Below, piece by piece: positions 9,823 through 20,000 of a DNA stretch of 20,000 bases. The number at the start of each line of letters is the position of its first letter. Position 1 is the stretch's first letter. The stretch lies in assembly GCF_000181795.1 (NCBI RefSeq), contig NW_003526945.1, positions 5,547,994 through 5,567,993 of the forward strand, read 5' to 3'. The translations under genes and the position numbers were made by a program. The notes beneath the pieces are model-generated. The model searched no databases, had not been told where the DNA came from, and was given only the letters and a program-made list of their open reading frames with translations. The stretch is from Trichinella spiralis (taxonomy: Eukaryota).

Positions 9823-12800
9823 GTGGACAGATACCAAGATTAACTGAACTAGCAACTGGCAGATCGGCCAACAGGCTAATCGACCAACGACGACCATCGT
9901 CGACAATCTATTGGCAGCCAGCGACGCTGTCATCGCCCCCGCAACACTCACACTAGCGCCACCACCGTGAGTGATGTTGCTTTATTGATTTTATTTTTTG
10001 AAAATTCTTGTTATATTTTTGAATATATTGTATTCCCTACCCTGAAAAAAAACAAAACAAGAACAAAAACAACAATAACAATAACATCAAAATATTTACA
10101 TTCTTTCAAACAACGTTTATCACTTTTAGTCGACGCACAACACAAGCAGTTTACTGTAATATGCAACATTGAATAGAAGATGAAAATGAACGATCATTTG
10201 TAAAAAAGAAAAAAAAAGTAGAAGAAAATCAATACTAACATGTCTTCCTGTGAACAATTGAACCGTCGCAATCCATTGAAATTTGAAATCGATCGATGCA
10301 ATATGAGAAAAACTCACAAAATACAGTATACTACTGGCTTTTTTGATTTTTTTTCAACTCTCTCAACCAATACACAAAACGTGATGCAGCAAGCAAGTCG
10401 ACAGCTGGCGACATTGACAAAAGAGGAAACATCTGCTCTTTTTGTATCCGGGCAAAGCACACGCTAACAATCTGTCCTGCTACTGCTGCTGCTGTGCAGG
10501 GAAGACAATCGATATAGTTGGTTGTAGCCAACGAAACGGTGGTTGGTGTTCTCATTCCAATCTCGATCGATTCCAACCGACTCTACATTCAAGTTGTCAA
10601 CAACAAGCATGACTTGAACAATAAATAATAATTTAAAAAAAAAAAGCAACAACAACAACTTTATACATACATGCATACGCATATGCATAAACTATTCGAC
10701 TCGTGTTACCAAGTATCCATCTATTACCAAATCTATCGATTGTTTCAGTTCAATTCAAATTCTCACCAAAGGCAAACAACATTCTCTTATCACAATAACA
10801 ACAACAAAATGATAAACAAAAAAATTTGCACAAACACGCATACACATGCATACTTTCCATTTTTAGAAAATTGCAACTTACAAAATCAAACAAAATAATG
10901 CTTATGAATTCGACGATGAAGTTGTTGTACCGATTTTTGAATTGACCAATCAACGTCGACACTACTAATGCCATCTGGAATCAATATTTTTCTCAACCAA
11001 CAATTGATTCTTTCTCCAATTGAAAGAAAACCTTTTCTTTTACAAAAAATTAAAAGAAAAAACCAAACGAGCAAATATAAAATTTCAACTATTCACGCGT
11101 TGGATTAATAATCAATTTTTCAAATTAATAACCAATATTTGGGGAAAGAAAAAGAAATTCGAATCTATCTGTTCATCGAATTTTCACCATTTGTTCATCA
11201 CTATTCAACCAACATTGGTTGCAATAGTATTTTTCAAAGGGCATTTTTCCACAAAAACACAATTCGATCGAAATATTCACACGCAGCTACTCTGCAAATT
11301 GCGTCATTTTATTATCAGAACAAAAACCACAAATTTCGTTTTTATTAATGTATAAATGAAGTTGTTGTTTTCAAATTAACAACTCTTGTCCGAAAAGAGA
11401 GAGAGAAAGATGTTCAAATTGAACAACAAACTGCAATCTCCAATTGGCAATATTATGCACAATTGTACGAACCGATTTGACCATTAACATCGAGAAAAAT
11501 TGTTCCATTTGCTATTTTTTCTTTTTATCCCTTTGTATGGTACTACTTTTGCAAATTTCGACCAAAACTTCTCTCTCTCTCTCCAATTTCCCCACTTGAA
11601 AATCAACAACGCTCAACTTTTAACTTCCAAATTAAAAGCCTCTTACAACTTAATTAATTTTCAAAATGTAATATTGTTATTTATAGTAATTTAAAATAAT
11701 TACTTACGTCACGTGAATCAATCGTTAATGCGCACAAATAAATTGCAAATCAAATGTAAACTCCTCTTTTAATGTTCACTTGTACAATTGTTCCAACTGA
11801 ATCTGAATTAGCCAACAACACTGACAATTCATAATAAAAAGTATAAATTGCACAAAATTGGCTTCATTCAATTCAAGCTTATTCATTATTAAAAATCAAA
11901 TCTTTCCCGTTATTTTAAAAAAATGAAGAAAAAAAAATCACAAACTTAACATTAACCATCAGATCAAACAAACAAAAATACTTCGACACAATAAACAAAA
12001 ACAAATTCATTCCAATTCGCCCATTCCCCTGATATTACATTGAAACTTTTCAAACAATTTTTACAGTCAACTGAAATTATCACCTATTCAGTTCTTATTA
12101 AAAAAATTTTCCATTACTGTTACGTAAAAACTGAAAAATAAAAACGAATCACTATATATATATATTATTAAAATAATACTGTGAAGTTCTGAAATGATAA
12201 ATTGGCATTTGAAATAAAAAACAAGTTTTGAAAAAGTCTTGTTCATCAAAAATTACCGTACTGATCGCGGCAAATCCATTTCAGAAAAATGAACAAGCGC
12301 AATTTGAAATTTTTACTTAAAAAATGACATGTTTAAATATTTTATTTCATTTTATTTTATCGAAAAAATTATACAGGTTGTAAAACTAAATTTTTATTGA
12401 TCGAAACAATTTGAAATATTTCATCTTGATTTACTTTATAAATTACAGTTAAAAAACGATGCATGGAAAGATTTTACAAATTGCATTGGAAAAATTTTTT
12501 TGTTATACAATTAATTCGTTTTTTTAAATAAAAAACATTTTAAAAGTAAAAATAAGTAATATAATTTTGTAAAAAAATTCAATTTATATCACTGCTGGGC
12601 AAATAATTGATTTATGAATTATGCAGCCTTGAAATGAAAAATTAACAATAGCATTACTTTTTTGTAAATAAATTTATGTGATGCTTAAACTTATAAAAAT
12701 TTTTATTAAATAATGAAAAAAAATAACATATATTGCTTTAAATAATTCTTTTACAAAAAACATTCTCTGAGTGCATAACGTAATTTACTGTACATTCTTT

Positions 12801-12912
12801 CAAATGAATCTTGATTTTCATTTTGTTCATGCTGTTCTCTTTTCTACTAATGTGATGATCTGATCTGCTTCAAGCTGGAGGTTTTATTTCTGAAATTAGT
12901 TTACAGCTAAAA

Positions 12913-15444
<2,532 letters not shown>

Positions 15445-15696
15445 CCACTGGACGAGATATTGTGACTGATTTGAATTATAGATAGCATTTTTGCAAAATA
15501 CATTCTTTTACACAGATTCATCGGCAATTACAACTTTCTCTTGTCAGAATTATTATACCGCTTGTCTTCTATATTTTTATTCATCTATCACAATTGCATC
15601 TCGGTCTCCTTCTCTTTTGCGATGGCTGCTAACGTTCCATTTCTGGTAATTTCTCTAGTAATAGTTGCTGAACTGTGAATCGTTTTAACAAAATGC

Positions 15697-15706
15697 AATA
15701 AATAAA
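15697..15706 (+). terminator. Tandem AATAAA poly(A) signal of AP2M1
   Basis: aataaataaa lies ~250 nt after the stop and is followed by T/G-rich sequence. Confidence 0.6.
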
Positions 15707-15830
15707 TTAACTGCATGAATTGAGATTTTTGTTGCAACTTGCTAAAGTAATTTCAAAGACAAATACATTATGCCACTGCTTTTATTTCAGCTACAACCAA
15801 AATGACACGCATACGTAGTCCTGATATGTT

Positions 15831-16486
15831 TCAATTTTCATCCCCACGGCGCGACGAAAATTCATCAATACCAGGCAACAGGTTACTAGCGATGTAGCTC
15901 GTCAAAGTTTGCACATCCGCGTAAGAAATCTTGCTCATACCGAAGGATGTAAGCAACGGTTTGTCGGTCAATTTCAAATGAGCCATCAAATGCTTCGCGG
16001 CAGTATCAAATAAAATCTAAGGTAGAGAAAGTCATCGTTACAATAGTTTTGAAATTCGAAAAACTGTCGTACGTTACTGCAACCAAATACGGTCTGCACA
16101 TCTATCACAGGAATCTCGTACGATGTCGGCGGTGGTCCACAAGTTGATTTCAACTAAAACATTCCCCAAAAACATACATATTAAAATGCGATTTTCATGA
16201 GCAGCAGGGATAAATAAGAAAAGCACTCATCAAAGAAACATAACACTTCAGAGGAAACATGAACAAAATAATCATTTTTTATATAATAACGTAATTCTTT
16301 ACCAACAGAGAAAATTTTCCGGTTTGAGTAATGTACAGACGCCGAATTTCACGAAAATTAGCGAACGCAACCTGCGTATCGACACCATTCAGTTTGAGTG
16401 TTCCCTAATTTCACAACATGAGAATGCATTATCAAAAAAAAATTATTTCAGTATACCTTAAATTCACGAACAGGACCGTTTTCCAT
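15831..16486 (-). CDS. PSMG3: Proteasome assembly chaperone 3 (PAC3)-like, ~132 aa; exons 16486-16457, 16404-16303, 16153-16073, 16016-15831
   Basis: Spliced translation: MENGPVREFKGTLKLNGVDTQVAFANFREIRRLYITQTGKFSLLLKSTCGPPPTSYEIPVIDVQTVFGCSNILFDTAAKHLMAHLKLTDKPLLTSFGMSKISYADVQTLTSYIASNLLPGIDEFSSRRGDEN*. It matches the PAC3 pattern I recall from human (GVPTQV...VVTQFGKMGTL...TKVLLG...VFAKNL...VLLAVAVK) and has a similar length. There are three phase-0 GT-AG introns and an AATAAA at 15786-15781. Confidence 0.8.
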
Positions 16487-16949
16487 TTTCCGCGACCAAA
16501 AATGACTTTGAATACAAATAAAAAAAAGCGTACTATCTCACAGTATGACAATAAGCAAGTACAATATTCCACTATATTACTCGTAATTGTGAAATACGAA
16601 AGGTAAAAGAGTAAACAAAAAGAAAGGAAATTATGGACATTCTTTTTTCTTTCCAATGAAGCAAACTATTACAACCATTGCAACAGAAGTTCGGAAAGTG
16701 TGCTAAAAAAGTGATCTATGCACCATTAGCATACTTCAAGCTTGAATATCATTAATCCGCACCGTTACCTAATATGGCAGTTAGTTGAAATTTCTTTGGT
16801 TTTTTTGGTGTATAGAATTATTATGCTTTTCTACATAGGCGAAATGAATTTGGCATTTCAAATGCCAACAATTTGATGTGCGGCAAGCAGTATTTGCAGT
16901 TTTCTTGTTAATGCAGTGCTGTTATACAGCGGCAGCAATCGTCGGAAAA

Positions 16950-17127
16950 TGGTCGTTGGACGTTCAAAGTGAATAGATTGTTCCTCTGCGCCAAGGAGAG
17001 GCCTGTTCAAATAAGACAAAACGACCGAAATGCCTTTTACAAGAGTACCTGTTACGCGCTAAAATATTCCAGCTCTTGCATTTACAGCAAATTAAATGCG
17101 TTTAACTGTGAATTGATGCGCACAAAC
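16950..17127 (+). ncRNA. Candidate H/ACA box snoRNA (two hairpins, ANANNA hinge, terminal ACA)
   Basis: Hairpin 1: TGGTCGTT/AACGACCG, TGAATAG/CTGTTCA, CCTCT/AGAGG. The hinge has ACAAGA and AGAGTA. Hairpin 2: GCGC/GCGC, CAG/CTG, GCATTTA/TAAATGC, followed directly by ACA (17122-17124). Folded by eye only. Confidence 0.35.
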
Positions 17128-18494
17128 GTGAGAAAAGACTAGAATAAGCGAAACTTGAGCTGCTATAAAAGTACAGTTGTCTCTTTGGTTACTGAACCCA
17201 TATCCTTGCCTACAACTGAGGTGAGTGTGGTTTATTAGCATTTTTGATATGATGCTATATTTTGAACTTTTGTTCTCTCTGGTGATGAGCGTAAAGAATC
17301 TGCAGGGATGCGGTTTTAGGCAAATTTGGAATCAGCATTCTTACTGAGTAAATATTTTAAAATGATTTTCATACTTTTTCACTGTTACGTGCGTTATATC
17401 TTAACGCACTTATTTAAAAATTATTGAAAAATTCCAATCCATTATCACCAGTAGGACATTAATCACTAAGGAATGTAACCAGCTGAAAATACCAAATTCC
17501 CATGAGGATGTTTTCATAACATAAATTTTGTCAAGGTGATATTTGTTCTTTTACAATTATTTTAGTAATTTTTTTTTGAAAAAATGATTTGTAGGCTTTT
17601 CCTAATTTTTGAGATAGAAATCTGTCTTATGCTTAATTATGGGAAATTGTAGGTTATAAATAAAAAAATAAAATGGGTTGAAAGCTTCAATTGAAACTGT
17701 TTCCAGAAAACGTTTAATTTAATATAGTTTCATTGAGTCGCAGAAAATAAATCAGTTTTAGTTTTAGCCATCGTGAAAATTTGCTTTTCTAATTTCAAAA
17801 CTTTGAAACGCCTTTCTCCACCATGCCTGTTTTAGGTGAGAAACTGCAATTTTTTGGATTTAATTCTGCAGTATATATTTAGAGAAAAAGTTGTAATTTC
17901 AAAATAATATTCTTTTGGCTACTTTTTTTAAATCTCAGTTACGTTTTTCTTTTTTGCATAATCATCGAGCACTTTGTTCTCCTTGTATATTTATGTGAAT
18001 CTAAAGTGCATATTTTTCCATCATATATTCTTATATTTTTTTTGCCGTTTCAACAGATGAATTTCGATACTGGCAATTCAAAAAATAATTCATAATCATA
18101 GGATAGCTTTTATGCGACAACATTATGTTGCTGATTTTAGTGTGGCATCTGCTAATTAGTTGAACAAGAACAACAACAATCAATGAATATTTTTATTAAT
18201 TATATTTATTTTCAATGAATATCAAATTCAACGAATCACCAAACATTAAAAGAAAAGAACAAAACACATTGACATTAATATTAAACAATGATTTTTTACG
18301 TGAAATGATGATTTTTGAAATTCAATACAAATTGATTCAATGATGAGGAAAATAGCTTTCCCATTGGTAAAATTAAAACTGCCATTACAGCAGTGATCAG
18401 TAACTGAAAAATTATAATTGAACATTAATATAAAATTTTAAATGATGTATTGGTAACTAACAATTCCATTGTAAAACATATTCCATTACTGGAA

Positions 18495-19106
18495 TTAACG
18501 ACGACGCATGTTGCTGGTTGGAACTTGGTTGTGGTTCTGCCTTGCCTGTGATGTATTGCCAACAAATCTGGAGTTGTTCCGCCGCATGTTTGGCGGTGGC
18601 AGGCGATTGCTGAAAGTACCGTTGCGCACCGCCAGTTCCGCCAACTGCAGTTTTTTTATTATATCCTGCCCATCAGGTGGAATTTCTATCAGTGCCATAA
18701 CTCTTTTTTTCGCTTCTTCGATTCTCCAAGCGGCAATATTTCCATAATCTGTTGCGGAAAAGTGCACGCGCACCAGGTGTGCATTTTCACGATGCAAAAC
18801 AACTTTACATCCAGTAGTCCTTTGAATAGATTTCGCCGTACTACCACCAGGGCCGATTATTCTCCGGAAGACGTCAAAGGGATATCCATGAGTTGGAATG
18901 AACAACAAGAAGCATTTGTCTTCCATTTCTCCAGTCGGTGGTGGCGGAGTAGGGATGTCGGCAAACATTGGCAGCATGAATGTTTCGTTAATGTGGTGTT
19001 GCAAGATAGCCTTTTTCGACGCTGCAGACTCTTGACTTTGAAGTACTTCAAGCAAACGTTCATTTCGCTTGAACACTTCTTCGTACGAGTTTCGTTGGGA
19101 ATTCAT
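18495..19106 (-). CDS. Intronless STAR/GSG-family (quaking/GLD-1/HOW-like) KH-QUA2 RNA-binding protein, divergent, 203 aa
   Basis: [35 protein letters not shown] aligns with QKI [59 protein letters not shown] aligns with QUA2 [23 protein letters not shown]. It is a single uninterrupted ORF. Confidence 0.88.
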   Translation of the reverse strand: [203 protein letters not shown]

Positions 19107-20000
19107 TTCTGGTCGTGGTCACAAGCTGCTGGGTGGTGACTTCAAACCGTTCAGTGCAATAAACTGATTTTAATATGACGTGTGTCCCTGTCATACTGTA
19201 CTTTAAAATTTAGTTTTTAATGGTTCTTGAAAATCAGTTTTAAATTTTGAAGTACATTCATAAAAATCAAATAAATTATAAAAAATTGTTTTGCATATTT
19301 TGGTTTATGTTACGTGAATTAACTTTTATCCAGGCATATTTTATAAACTGTATTTTGTTTCAACATTTCAATTATGATTTTTGAATGGTTCAGAAATAAT
19401 TTTTGTTTATTAAATCGCTCAAATTTGCTTGAATATATTTTTTTCTTATTGTGATTGTGACATTAAACTGAAGCGTAATACGATCGCAATTGCAGTGATG
19501 TACTACTGCATTTTACATTTGTGCACAAATTGAATTCTTGGATGGAAATTCTTGCCAAATTCCGTGTGCACTTAACCACGTTCGACTGTATCAGTAACTT
19601 CGAAATAAGAAATGACCATGTTGATATTTTCAATTTGAAAAATGATGCATACGTAATTTGTTTTTAATGTTGTATGAAATGCAAAATGATGTGCTATTAA
19701 GTTGAGTATCAAATAGAATAAATAATTTTAGATGTGTAAATCGTGACTTTTACACTGATGGATGAAAATGTTACGCAGAGTTTCATCGGCAACTGCCCAA
19801 ATGTGGCGATTCGACTGTCTAATATAATTCATCACCTCTACACTACCTTATTGATTCCATGGAAGAGGCTTCATGCAAATTTTCATTTGTTTGTTCTTTG
19901 TACGCTTATTTAGCTTAAGTTTCTCTGATTGATATTAAACTTCTTACGGCGTGTTTGCAATGACTTTCTCGAACAGTTCGAAACCGGAAAATTCCTGTAT

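Larger units (their letters stand above)
9210..11805 (-). ncRNA. Putative spliced non-coding pri-mir-124 host transcript (exon ~11802-11708, intron 11707-9350, terminal exon 9349-~9210)
   Basis: Minus strand has a consensus donor GAC|GTAAGT (11708/11707), an acceptor TTTTTCAG ending at 9350 with a long pyrimidine tract, and tandem AATAAA near 9226-9213. The upstream exon is closed in all three frames. The minus strand across ~9960-12150 is visibly T/G-rich. The structure is inferred. Confidence 0.4.

Noticed and set aside
5536..11694. Many 60-111 aa ORFs in the intergenic region
   Set aside because: They are low complexity (F/I/K/N-rich), often start at non-ATG codons and carry no recognisable domains. 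Those at 9534-9951 overlap mir-124 and the microsatellite.
12852..12893. GTGATGA...CTGA upstream of AP2M1
   Set aside because: Only ~42 nt, too short for a C/D snoRNA.
15867..15879. AATACCAGGCAAC X-box-like sequence
   Set aside because: It lies inside the PSMG3 coding exon (LLPGI) and is explained by codons.
16703..16768. GT-AG intron-like segment (minus strand) upstream of PSMG3
   Set aside because: It may be a 5'UTR intron, but the flanking frames encode nothing recognisable, so it cannot be supported as a gene.
17182..17191. TCTTTGGTTA, identical to the first 10 nt of miR-9
   Set aside because: The rest of the mature sequence and the miR-79/9-3p arm are absent; only a 7-bp flanking stem (CAGTTGT/ACAACTG) is present.
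18340..18407. ATGATGA...CTGA C/D-like pair with 68-nt spacing
   Set aside because: It lies antisense to the KH gene 3'UTR, has no identifiable guide, and such boxes arise often in AT-rich DNA.
18508..19139. ORFs antisense or out of frame to the KH gene
   Set aside because: Shadow ORFs of a real, more GC-rich CDS.

Overview
AT-rich eukaryotic genomic DNA with compact genes, short (mostly 51-140 nt) GT-AG introns and TTTCAG-type acceptors. This looks like a nematode, probably clade I (Trichinella-like); the taxon is inferred. Manual splicing gives four multi-exon genes: ArfGAP1 (+, 236-2753, 9 exons), IFT52/osm-6 (-, 5070-3002, 11 exons), AP-2 mu subunit AP2M1/dpy-23 (+, 12913-15444, 10 exons) and a PAC3/PSMG3-like proteasome assembly chaperone (-, 16486-15831, 4 exons; absent from the ORF track). 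There is also an intronless, divergent STAR-family KH protein (-, 19106-18495). The 7.8-kb gap without recognisable coding exons (5071-12912) holds an exact miR-124 in a good hairpin on the minus strand (9595-9665), possibly inside a spliced non-coding host transcript. It also holds a perfect RFX/DAF-19 X-box palindrome (7107-7119) followed by a TATA box and splice donor pointing toward IFT52. The main hypothesis is a co-oriented ciliated-neuron locus (mir-124, X-box, IFT52). A structured region at 16950-17350 may be a snoRNA host with H/ACA-like and C/D-like candidates. Protein identifications come from my recall of family sequences, not from database searches.
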